Below are positions 44,352 through 53,240 of a stretch of 64,000 bases of DNA, piece by piece; position 1 is the first letter of the stretch, and the number at the start of each line of letters is the position of its first letter. Both the position numbers and the translations under genes were made by a program. Below the pieces are notes generated by a model. The model searched no databases and was not told where the DNA came from. It was given only the letters and a program-made list of their open reading frames with translations. The stretch lies in assembly GCA_963725545.1 (NCBI GenBank), contig CAVRZG010000008.1, forward strand, positions 59,392-123,391, read 5' to 3'. The stretch is from an uncultured Nitrospiraceae bacterium (GTDB lineage Bacteria > Nitrospirota > Thermodesulfovibrionia > Thermodesulfovibrionales > SM23-35).

Positions 44352-45578
44352 ATGAAACTTCTGCTGATTAGTAATGTGGATTTTCCGGAAGGTGAAGCCG
44401 GCAGTCAGCATTCTGCGCTAATTGCCAGGGGTCTGAGAGAGAACGGGGCACGCTGCCATCTTATCATTCCGCACGGTTCAGTTCTGGGCGCTTATTTGAA
44501 AGAAAGAAAACTCAAAGGTCATTTTGACGGGGTCCCCTATTTCTATATGAACGGTAAGACGACCCAGTCGGACGGACTTCTGCAATATATCCTGGAGAGT
44601 TACAGGGGGATGTTTGCAACGAGCAAGCTTATAGTCGGGAGATTACGGAAAAAACAGATTGATGCCGTGATTATCGCGAATCCTGACGCCATCGAATTCC
44701 TGCCTGTCATCCTGACATGTATGATTTTTCGCGTGCCCATTTTTCTTCTGATAGGGGAAAGAATGACTATCACAAAAGACCGGTTTTCTTTTAGACATAA
44801 GCTGAGGAAACTGGGGTTTTTCCTTTCGGAAACGGCCGTACCGAGGCTTGCAAATGGGATAATCGTTATATCATCCGCCCTTGAGCAGTATTACAGATCA
44901 CGCTTCCCTGCAATACGGACAATCCTCTCGCCGATTTTGATAGACCCCGGGCGAAGGGAAATCAACAGGGGCACAGGCGGAAGAAAGAATGATTATTTCA
45001 CATTGCTATACTGCGGGAGTTTTGGCGAGAAGGACGGCATTGATTATATTCTCAGGGCTTTCCGAAAAATAATTTTATCGGGAAGAGAGGCCCGCCTGAC
45101 GCTTGTAGGAAGACCGCCCTATCAGGAGATAATGGATAATCTTGATTGTCTCATCCGGAAATACCAGCTTCAGGGACATGTGGAATTAACCGGTTTTGTG
45201 CCCCGCCGTAAACTGCAAATGCTGCAGGAAAACGCTGATATCTTGCTGGCGTGCAGAACAAACAGCAGATATTCAAATTATGGTTTTCCCTGGAAACTGG
45301 GCGAGTACTGCCTGACCGCCAAACCTATCCTGGCAACAAGGACGAGTGACATAGAACGGTATTTCGAGGATAATGTCAGCCTTTTTATAGCCCAGCCTGA
45401 AAACGTGGATTCGATCGCCGAGCGGCTGACTTTTATTATGGACCATTATAATGAGGCTTTAAAGATCGGAGAAACCTCACGAAAAACAGCTGAAGTGAAT
45501 TTCAACTATCTGACGGAAACCCGTAAGATTCTGAATTTTATCAAAGCGGGAAGTAATTGCCATGTCGCCGATCTGTGA
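44352..45578 (+). CDS. Glycosyltransferase, GT4-like (GT-B fold)
   Basis: MKLLLISNVDFPEGEAGSQH.. N-terminal domain. C-terminal ..YCGSFGEKDGIDYIL.AF....... and ..E...FPWKLGEY...KPILAT.. (E-x7-E type region). Confidence 0.7.
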   Translation: MKLLLISNVDFPEGEAGSQHSALIARGLRENGARCHLIIPHGSVLGAYLKERKLKGHFDGVPYFYMNGKTTQSDGLLQYILESYRGMFATSKLIVGRLRKKQIDAVIIANPDAIEFLPVILTCMIFRVPIFLLIGERMTITKDRFSFRHKLRKLGFFLSETAVPRLANGIIVISSALEQYYRSRFPAIRTILSPILIDPGRREINRGTGGRKNDYFTLLYCGSFGEKDGIDYILRAFRKIILSGREARLTLVGRPPYQEIMDNLDCLIRKYQLQGHVELTGFVPRRKLQMLQENADILLACRTNSRYSNYGFPWKLGEYCLTAKPILATRTSDIERYFEDNVSLFIAQPENVDSIAERLTFIMDHYNEALKIGETSRKTAEVNFNYLTETRKILNFIKAGSNCHVADL

Positions 45579-46731
45579 TAAGCTGTTCGCCCTGACCAGG
45601 GACAGGTCGCTTCACAATGGACTGGAAGCGCCTCCCCCATGCTACCTTGTCTTTGAGGTTACGACCCGCTGCAATCTCAGGTGCGTCATGTGCCCGCACG
45701 GGATCGGCGCAGTGCAATCCCCCCGCGATGCCGCCGATGTCCTGGTGAAGGACTTATGGGAATTTATCGAAACGACCGATATCGTTCATCTGAATTCAGT
45801 CGGGGAACCCCTGCTCGCAGGTCCTTTCTGGAGAATACTGCGTCTTCTAAAGGGCAGGAAGCGGCCCGGAATCAGCATCAACACCAACGGACATCTACTG
45901 TCGGCTGAAAACGCGGCGAGTCTGTTTGAGGCGCCTTTGCATACGGTCAGCGTATCCCTGGACGCGGCCCGCCCTGAGACCTACCGAAGACTTCGAGGCG
46001 CCGATTTTCGGAAAGCTATCCGCGGGATTGAGCATCTCGTTCGGGCGCGTGATTCCCGCAAGGACTCCGAGGCCAGATTGGGCGCCAGCATGGTACTCAT
46101 GGAAGAAAATATCAGGGAACTGACAGAATTCATAGAGCTTGCAGCAGGACTCGGTCTTGAATTCGTCTCTCTTATTCACCTGGTGCCTCCCGGCACGCAT
46201 CAATGGCTGGTATCAGGATCCGATGGCTGGGAATTTGATTATCACAAACAGCAGCTGTTGAACCATCCGGACATCTCCGACAGAATGCTGCTTCGCGCAT
46301 TGGAAGTCGCCGGGGAGAAAGGGATCACAATCCTCAGCTGTAATTCATTATGGTTTACACGAATGAAGGATAACGACAGGTGCCCGCGATTTGAACTGGG
46401 AGGAATCGGAGGGCACGGCATGTCGAACGTCGATGCATTAGAGCTTTCGGATTGCCCTCACCCATGGGAGTGGCTTCAAGTGCGGGGCAACGGCGATGTT
46501 CTACCGTGTCTGTATGCGCAGAAGCCCGTAGGCAACATTGTAAAAGACGGGGGAGTAAAAGGGATCTGGAACGGGCCCGAACTGCGCCGTTTGCGTAAGG
46601 ATATTATTGCCGGCCGACTCAATCGCGTCTGCGCAGGCACCGCGTGCCCCTATCCGACAGGCAGGCCGAAATCCAAGACGGGGTTAAGACGGTATACCGG
46701 CCAGATCGTCAGGTGGTTCAGCCGGCAATAA
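45562..46731 (+). CDS. Radical SAM enzyme with C-terminal SPASM-like Cys cluster
   Basis: CX3CX2C is present as TTRCNLRCVMCPHG. The C-terminal Cys-rich region is CPHPWEWLQVRGNGDVLPCLY....VGNI.......W.....R.LR.........CAGTACP. Confidence 0.8.
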   Translation: MSPICDKLFALTRDRSLHNGLEAPPPCYLVFEVTTRCNLRCVMCPHGIGAVQSPRDAADVLVKDLWEFIETTDIVHLNSVGEPLLAGPFWRILRLLKGRKRPGISINTNGHLLSAENAASLFEAPLHTVSVSLDAARPETYRRLRGADFRKAIRGIEHLVRARDSRKDSEARLGASMVLMEENIRELTEFIELAAGLGLEFVSLIHLVPPGTHQWLVSGSDGWEFDYHKQQLLNHPDISDRMLLRALEVAGEKGITILSCNSLWFTRMKDNDRCPRFELGGIGGHGMSNVDALELSDCPHPWEWLQVRGNGDVLPCLYAQKPVGNIVKDGGVKGIWNGPELRRLRKDIIAGRLNRVCAGTACPYPTGRPKSKTGLRRYTGQIVRWFSRQ

Positions 46732-47024
46732 CGCCGGGAAGGTTTTAACCCTCCGCGCAACTCGCGGCCGGGGAAATGATTAACACTGCCAGGGATCTCA
46801 TGGCCCGCCTTACCTGAAGGTCACTATCGGCAGATCTTTCCTCCTGAAGAACAATCCACGCAGAAATCCTTTCCGAAGGCCGCCAGCTGCGGCGCCCGAC
46901 ACTGATGCAGTCAGGAACGTACACCAATTGCCGTGCCACTTTCTTCCCATGTCGGGTTGAGTGATATTGTAGTATTTCATGACGGTCCACTGGTCTTCGA
47001 AAGCCAGATCTCTTCGCGACAGGT

Positions 47025-47600
47025 TTATCGCGCGGTCACAAGGATCCTCAAAGCAAAAACCACCCTCCACCTGCATTCGCAGGTAGTTGTTGCGAGAACA
47101 CCGTCTGAGCCTTCAATAAAATCGAAGCTGTTTATGAAATGCCCGCCCGGCCTCAAGACCCGATGCGCCTCACTAATAACGTCGGCCAGGTCGGGATGAG
47201 AGAGCTCTTCCAGCACCGACACCGAGCACACAACGTCAAAAGAATTGTCCGGAAAATTATTTTTCCCTTTGGCAAGCAGCCCCCGCTGAAAGTGGCCCTT
47301 GGGCAGGCCGGCAACAAATGCCTGGTAATTCCTGTCCCATTCCTTTGCCTCAGGGAAGTAGGGCAAGGCCTGATAATCGTCTATGCCGTGAACTTCGTGG
47401 GAGTCGCCCAACTGCCGGAAGAGACTCGGGTTAAAGCCGTGACCGAACTCCAATACCCTCTTGACGCCGGACAACTTCTCGATCTGACTGAAAATAAAAC
47501 AGTAGCCTATGGGCTTGAGAAATCCAATGGATATTTCACGAAGGGGAGCATAGCGTCGCGACAGCTCCCACCACTGTTCCACTGCGCCTACATCAATCAT
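47025..47600 (-). CDS. Class I SAM-dependent methyltransferase (possibly frameshifted; may continue to about 46810)
   Basis: Motif I VLEFGHGFNPS and the post-I/II context ..VLRPGGHFINSFDF. The last 30 aa in this frame look non-protein-like, whereas the ORF 46810-47076 frame (..NNYLRMQVEGGFCFEDP..WTVMKYY..WCTFLTA) reads like a genuine continuation. Confidence 0.65.
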   Translation of the reverse strand: MIDVGAVEQWWELSRRYAPLREISIGFLKPIGYCFIFSQIEKLSGVKRVLEFGHGFNPSLFRQLGDSHEVHGIDDYQALPYFPEAKEWDRNYQAFVAGLPKGHFQRGLLAKGKNNFPDNSFDVVCSVSVLEELSHPDLADVISEAHRVLRPGGHFINSFDFIEGSDGVLATTTCECRWRVVFALRILVTAR

Positions 47601-48435
47601 TCTTCGTCCTTATTAAAGTCTTCGCCCTGCGGGAAAACATTTCTGTTTGAGCCATCCTTTGTTCTGCCGTCGCGTAAGCGTGGCATCTGCGAAGGACACC
47701 TGAACGTTTGACGAATATGACGTCCACCTGTATGAGAGCGCCGTCGAGAGGCCGGTACAAATTGCCTATTATGTCGTATACGCAGAAATCGCGGTCCGCC
47801 ATATATGCGACAACTTCGTGAAAAACAGGACCATTCTCGAATGTATTAAAAAGGGTCGTCTCAAGGATCAAAACCTCACTTGATTCAACGGTTTTTGAGG
47901 CCCCTGCAAGGACATCAAGCTCAGCACCCTGGACATCCACTTTGAGCAGGACGGGTCCGTCGGCAGCGACAGACTTCACCTCTGCATCAATAGTCGTTAC
48001 GGCCACTTCCCGCTGTGTGCCGTTAACGTCGGATTCCTCCTCCGGCTCAAGCAGAAAACTCGACCCGACCAGGTCAGGATGGATGTTGATATTACGCACT
48101 CCCTGATGCGCCGCCGCCGCCGCTTTGATGACTGTTGACTTCGGATGTTCCCGAACGAGCAGATCGAGATCTCCTCCATATTCCTCCAATGGCTCCAGCA
48201 GGAGATATGACGAGTCGGGAAAGAGGCGCAAACACGTCCTCGTAAAGTCGCCGTAAGCAGCCCCCACGTCGATGACAAAACCAGGGACAAACCCCGTATT
48301 CTTCATATTTGTCAATGCGCCTTCCATACTCAGCCGTGCGGAGACGCCTGCCATTGCAGAAGGAACGATTGTATATCCCAGACTGTGCGCGAAGCGTTGC
48401 ACCATCTGCCTGACTTGATTCATAAGAAGGGGCAT
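47593..48435 (-). CDS. FkbM-family methyltransferase
   Basis: VIDVGAAYGDFT.. and ..LLKVDVQGAELDVLAGA.. are FkbM hallmarks. Confidence 0.75.
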   Translation of the reverse strand: MPLLMNQVRQMVQRFAHSLGYTIVPSAMAGVSARLSMEGALTNMKNTGFVPGFVIDVGAAYGDFTRTCLRLFPDSSYLLLEPLEEYGGDLDLLVREHPKSTVIKAAAAAHQGVRNINIHPDLVGSSFLLEPEEESDVNGTQREVAVTTIDAEVKSVAADGPVLLKVDVQGAELDVLAGASKTVESSEVLILETTLFNTFENGPVFHEVVAYMADRDFCVYDIIGNLYRPLDGALIQVDVIFVKRSGVLRRCHAYATAEQRMAQTEMFSRRAKTLIRTKND

Positions 48436-48765
48436 AAATATCTCACAAAAAACGATTCCCTTTGTTCACAGTCAGAATCATGCGGGCGGCAGCCGATCCT
48501 TTGAAGCATCTGGGACATTTCTCCCGAGCACCCATGCATCTGCAGCATTTTCCAACTGCGAACAGATATCTCCTGCACCGCACTCCCCTCGCATAAGCAA
48601 TACTCCGCCGGGTTCTAAACTGATAGAGTACTCCTTATGAATATGCCGTGTCAAACTTGCAGAGAAAATGCTTCCGGCTTTGTGATTAGGACGCAAGTAA
48701 TGGTCGTAAAGAGTTATTAATCAATGCGCCTATGATCGTATCCAGGAGTCTTATAAACATTTTCT

Positions 48766-50613
48766 TCAAGGGGCTGTCCTTTGCCGGGACCCTTTTCCTG
48801 CCGACCCGGACCTGACTTCTGCAGCCATTTTTTCCAGAGCTCTCCCCAAGCGCGCTCCGAAGGACTTGATGTCGAGGAAGGACACGGACGGCGCAGCTTC
48901 AGCCATCCTGCGGGCCATGCGCTCCCTCAGACCGGGATTCAGGGCCGTCGAGATGGCCAACTCCACATAGCGCCCGGGAGTATCAGCTATCAGTTCATCA
49001 AGGCCCAACGCACCCATCATGGCCGATCCCTGCATGCCGCGCTGCGTCGTCCCGCGAAGGGTCACGGCCGGGCACAGAGCAACCAGAGGTTCAATGAATG
49101 ATGCCGCCCCTGAATATGGAAATGTGTCAAGATAGACGGTGACATGCTTGAGCAGCTCTACAATCTCCCCAGGACTTAAAACGGGTAAAATAGTCAGGCG
49201 ATCACCCGGAACTCCGGCTTCTTCGAATTCAATCCTGAGATGGTCCGAGATATGCCGGCAGTTCGACGGCGTTCCCCAGTTGGGGCTGAACGGATAGATC
49301 AGGAGTTCACTGTCAGGGATGGCTTGCAAAATCTCAGCCCATGCCTTCTTCAATTCGGGAACAAGCTTATGCGCTGACCCGCCCGAGGCGAACGACACCG
49401 GTCGTTTGGGTATTTGCACTTTTATTTCGGATTTGGACTGATTGACCCCCGGGTGCATATCTCCCATGGCAAAACAGTTGAACATGCCTTCCATAAGCAT
49501 GACTCGTTCGGAATAGTGCTCCTGAACCCTGCCCGGCGGTTCAGTAACAGCTGCAGTCAACACATAGTCAGTGCGGGTCAGGCCGGTGGTAACGGGCCAG
49601 ATGGCCGAGGGAATTACCTGGATTGCGGCAAGCCTGTGGGCCAGCAGCATCAGGTAGCCCGACGACTGGGCCGCCAGAGTATTGCATATGATCAAGATAT
49701 CCAGGCCGAGGCTTCGAATCGCAGAAACCTGCCCGCGTATATCTTTCTCTTCCACTACCGCCAATTCCTCACAATGAGCCCGCATAAACCCTGAGAACGA
49801 ATTCGTGCCGGGACCCGCCAGGGTTATCATTATAGGATGAAACCTTTGCCGGTCCAATCCGCCGGAAAAAGCCGCGGCGATATAGCTTTCGGTCCTGGCC
49901 TCCATGTCGCGAACAAGAATTCCTACCCGCAATCTTTTACTGCTGCTACCGACGCCGCGATCATAATCAAGCTCGTGCCCTTCTGATTTCATGAAGCATT
50001 CTATACAGCGCCCGGCAGAAACGGCAAAAGACCGCAGGTTTCTCCAGGTAAACAGCATGGGTATGAATTGATATGATTCGGCTACGTTTGCCGACATACG
50101 TCGTCCCGCGTCCGGATTCTGATGATTATTCAATATTCGTTCCATATGCGTAAATAGTTTTGTCAGGAAAGACGTAGCCTCTTCAAATTGCACGGCGTCC
50201 ATCAGGAACGGCGTCTTGAAAAGGAGGGCGGTCAAGCTCCCGGATTTCAGAAGCAAGTCCTCCTTCAGATCGACCTGATGACAAGTCTCAAAGGCATACT
50301 TGCCCATAGATAAGGCATAAAACAGCGAATAACAATCCATCCCCTCCGACGCGGCAAGTTTTTTTTGCGCATACCGGTACAGCCATGATTCGAAAACACC
50401 CAGGTCTCGTCTTCTAAAGGATACCGGGGTCAAATGATGAATCAGTCCGTATTTTGCAAACAGCTTGCCGATGTCCTGCTGCGTCCTCCTTGGGGCATGG
50501 ATGAGCAGAATAGCAAAGACAATTCTCAGTGCGGACGTCAGGGACCAGCCTGAGCGCGTCTGCATTAACAGTATGATTCTTTTCTTGACTCTCTCTACAA
50601 TGGTTTTAGCCAT
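48766..50613 (-). CDS. SPINDLY/OGT-like (COG3914, GT41-like) glycosyltransferase with a helical N-terminal region
   Basis: The C-terminal half carries RLRVGILVRDM..., ..PVSFASGGSAHKLVPELKKAWAEILQAIPDSELLIY.., ..LDTFPYSGAASFIEPL... and ..RG....G. My family assignment is moderate-confidence. Confidence 0.6.
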   Translation of the reverse strand: MAKTIVERVKKRIILLMQTRSGWSLTSALRIVFAILLIHAPRRTQQDIGKLFAKYGLIHHLTPVSFRRRDLGVFESWLYRYAQKKLAASEGMDCYSLFYALSMGKYAFETCHQVDLKEDLLLKSGSLTALLFKTPFLMDAVQFEEATSFLTKLFTHMERILNNHQNPDAGRRMSANVAESYQFIPMLFTWRNLRSFAVSAGRCIECFMKSEGHELDYDRGVGSSSKRLRVGILVRDMEARTESYIAAAFSGGLDRQRFHPIMITLAGPGTNSFSGFMRAHCEELAVVEEKDIRGQVSAIRSLGLDILIICNTLAAQSSGYLMLLAHRLAAIQVIPSAIWPVTTGLTRTDYVLTAAVTEPPGRVQEHYSERVMLMEGMFNCFAMGDMHPGVNQSKSEIKVQIPKRPVSFASGGSAHKLVPELKKAWAEILQAIPDSELLIYPFSPNWGTPSNCRHISDHLRIEFEEAGVPGDRLTILPVLSPGEIVELLKHVTVYLDTFPYSGAASFIEPLVALCPAVTLRGTTQRGMQGSAMMGALGLDELIADTPGRYVELAISTALNPGLRERMARRMAEAAPSVSFLDIKSFGARLGRALEKMAAEVRSGSAGKGSRQRTAP

Positions 50614-51572
50614 GCCGCTGCTCTATCACCATAAAGTTTTGCAGTTTCACTGCCGTTCAGCCTATCCAGATATGTCAGAAGATGCAGGCATAAATCAAAA
50701 GCCTCATATACAAAATGTAGGATGACAAACATACGCATCAAACAGTCCTTATCAAGCTCTTCCATTGAAAAAAGCGACTTTACGTAGACAGCGTCGGTCC
50801 ACAGCGCTTGTTTAGCCTTCAGCAAAGCGGCCCTGTTCCGGCTGAACGGATGAAAGGCCCTTGATTGTATGCCCGTGAACGTGAAAAGAGAAAAACCCGC
50901 ATCCCGCAGAGCCCTATCCACTTCCGCGAACAGCGGTTGACCACGGTAAAGGGGTACAAATTCAACTTCCGTATGGACAACCAGAATTGTCTCTAAAAAG
51001 CGGACGGCGCCACGCAGTATATCCAGCTCCGCGCCCTGGACATCCAATTTCAGGTAATGCGCTCCGGCTGCCTCGGTGATATCGTCCAGTTTTCGGGTTG
51101 TTACCGGGATCTCCCTGACAACCCGGACCTGGTCTTCGAGGTCTGGAAAACACTGAAGTACGCGGGGATTAGGTTCATAAAGCGAAGAAGTCATAGAAGA
51201 GTTGCATACCCGGAAATGGCCCGGGCTCCCGTCACCCAGGACGAAAGGATAATATGCATGCGCGGAAGAAGATATTTCATTCAGCTTTTTGCATTCACTC
51301 TCAATAGGCTCAAAACCCACAACCTGCGCAAGCCCCAAATCCACAATGCGGGCATGCAGATCGCTGCCGGGTCCCAGCCACATTGCGCCGGCATCGACTA
51401 TTTTGATTTGAGGCAGGGATGGGAAAATATCCGAGACACTGAAGGCCTTGCTGCCGTGAGCCGCTCCGGATTGAGGAGTCCTTAGCCGGTCGGTGCGTAA
51501 ACCTCTCATCCGGCCAAGAAGTCTGACCAATGCATCAAACATCCGGGTGGACCTTGCGCTTTTCTTCCGCAT
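50595..51572 (-). CDS. FkbM-family methyltransferase (second copy)
   Basis: IKIVDAGA.. and ..YLKLDVQGAELDILRGA... An alternative start ATG at 51542 overlaps a candidate stop of the upstream epimerase (GATGTTTGA). Confidence 0.75.
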   Translation of the reverse strand: MRKKSARSTRMFDALVRLLGRMRGLRTDRLRTPQSGAAHGSKAFSVSDIFPSLPQIKIVDAGAMWLGPGSDLHARIVDLGLAQVVGFEPIESECKKLNEISSSAHAYYPFVLGDGSPGHFRVCNSSMTSSLYEPNPRVLQCFPDLEDQVRVVREIPVTTRKLDDITEAAGAHYLKLDVQGAELDILRGAVRFLETILVVHTEVEFVPLYRGQPLFAEVDRALRDAGFSLFTFTGIQSRAFHPFSRNRAALLKAKQALWTDAVYVKSLFSMEELDKDCLMRMFVILHFVYEAFDLCLHLLTYLDRLNGSETAKLYGDRAAAWLKPL

Positions 51573-52597
51573 CGATCATTTCCCAGGATTATGCGCGGCA
51601 AAGAATACGTAAGACTCCATCCGGGAAAGTGCGCCCTGAGCTTTCTCAAGTCGGAGATATAACAGATATGATCTCCAATACGGTTTTGCTCTTTGTAAGA
51701 ATAATCGATTTTCAGCCCGCCGATCTCTTCAATAAGGTGAATACATTCCAGGACCGAAGCCGCATTGTCACGTCCGCCCCCGAGATTATACACTTCGCCG
51801 GTGCGCGGGTTGCGCGCAAATTCCTCAAAAGCTTTTATCACATCGTGGCTGTGAATCTGATCCCGCACCTGTTTGCCTTTATAGCCGAATATTGTATAGG
51901 GGATATGGTTAACTGCGGCATGCACGAGATAAGAAAGGAAACCGTGAAGTTCAACACCGGAATGACAGGGCCCGGTCAAACAACCGCCGCGAAAAATGCC
52001 GACTTTAATGCCGAAGTACAAGCCGTATTCCTGAGCCAGGATGTCTGAAGCGGCTTTTGATGCGCCAAAAAGGGAGTGCATACAGCGGTCAATGCGGCAC
52101 TCTTCACCGATACCGTTGTAGTCTTCAGATCGAGCATAGTCATAGCGGGTCTCCAATTCAACAAGAGGGAGTTCATTGGGAGCGGTGCCGTAGACTTTGT
52201 TTGTGCTCATGTGGATGAATACGGCCTCCGGCGAAAACCGTCGGGCAGCCTCCAGCAGATTAAGAGTTCCGCCGGCGTTAACATCAAAGTCAACCAATGG
52301 AATTTCACGCGCCTTGTCATGAGACGGCTGCGCAGCGCAGTGTATTATGAGATCGAATGCGTGCCTGCTGAACAACCCGAAAATTTGTTCCCGGTCCCGG
52401 ATATCAATGGGGAAATGGGTGAAATGTCTGCACGCCAGCCTGAGTTGTTCCAGATTCCAGGTCGTGTCTCCCTTCGGTCCAAAGAACTGTTGCCGCATAT
52501 TATTATCGATTCCAACTACGTTGTGACCTTGCGAGTCAAAATGTCTGACCGCTTCCGAACCGATCAAGCCACTGCTGCCTGTCACCAATATATCCAT
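51506..52597 (-). CDS. NAD-dependent sugar epimerase/dehydratase (CDP-paratose-2-epimerase-like); C-terminal end uncertain
   Basis: MDILVTGSSGLIGSEAV (Rossmann), ..DNNMRQQFFG.., YGASKAASD (YxxxK) and ..YNLGGG..N..SVLE... The tail overlaps the next gene by 67 nt. A +1 shift near 51584-51588 would give ..IIWEMIDAEEKRKVHPDV* ending at 51535. Confidence 0.8.
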   Translation of the reverse strand: MDILVTGSSGLIGSEAVRHFDSQGHNVVGIDNNMRQQFFGPKGDTTWNLEQLRLACRHFTHFPIDIRDREQIFGLFSRHAFDLIIHCAAQPSHDKAREIPLVDFDVNAGGTLNLLEAARRFSPEAVFIHMSTNKVYGTAPNELPLVELETRYDYARSEDYNGIGEECRIDRCMHSLFGASKAASDILAQEYGLYFGIKVGIFRGGCLTGPCHSGVELHGFLSYLVHAAVNHIPYTIFGYKGKQVRDQIHSHDVIKAFEEFARNPRTGEVYNLGGGRDNAASVLECIHLIEEIGGLKIDYSYKEQNRIGDHICYISDLRKLRAHFPGWSLTYSLPRIILGNDRCGRKAQGPPGCLMHWSDFLAG

Positions 52598-52879
52598 AAA
52601 CCGAGTTTCCTTTACAGGGTATGAATAATTTTTCCCGGGACCGCATTTAGAAAAATTCCGTTCTATAATAACACACTGCACCGGAACGTATTTCTTTCGG
52701 CGCCTTCCTTCACAAAAGAACATACAGCCTTTTCAGCACAGAATGCACGTCGCAGGGGGAGACATTTATTTCGGAGATTTTGGGGCCTTGATGAATGAAT
52801 CAACTTGTCGCTCAGCATGAAGAAAAGCCCTTTGCCTTCCATTCATTCTATGTTCCGGCTATAATTTGAAAAGAGACAT

Positions 52880-53162
52880 AGCTTTGGAGAAAGAAAGTTC
52901 AGGCTGGAGATCTTCATTGTTAAGGTCCCCGTAGGCACCTGAGGGCAATCGCCGTATGGGTGCAAATCCCCATGCCAACGGCGGATTACTCCTCAGGGAC
53001 CTGAAGATGCCCGACTTCAGAGAGTATGCCGTTGATGTGCCCAAGCCGGGCCAGGTTGCAGAAGAGAGCACACGCGTGATGGGACACTTTTTGCGGGACA
53101 TCATGAAATACGGCCAAGATATGCCCGAGATAAGGGATTGGATATGGAAGTGGAATGACTAA
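52880..53162 (+). pseudogene. xfp: Phosphoketolase (xfp) remnant: a mid-protein fragment fused directly to the extreme C-terminus
   Basis: [59 protein letters not shown] matches the central XFP region as I recall it. The next residues [14 protein letters not shown] match the XFP C-terminal end. The remaining ~90 % of the ~800-aa enzyme is missing. It lies directly upstream of ackA, as in xfp-ackA operons. Confidence 0.65.
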
Positions 53163-53240
53163 CCAGTGCAAACCTTTAAGCGGTGACAGGTTCAGTAGAG
53201 CGAGTGAAGATCAGATAATCCGTCGTATAACAGATATAAT

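Noticed and set aside
48478-48696. 72-aa minus-strand ORF between the OGT-like and FkbM genes, containing ..LEPGGVLLM.., which is reminiscent of a methyltransferase post-motif.
   Set aside because: A single short motif is insufficient, and there is no SAM-binding motif I. It may be a gene fragment or a small real gene and cannot be supported either way.
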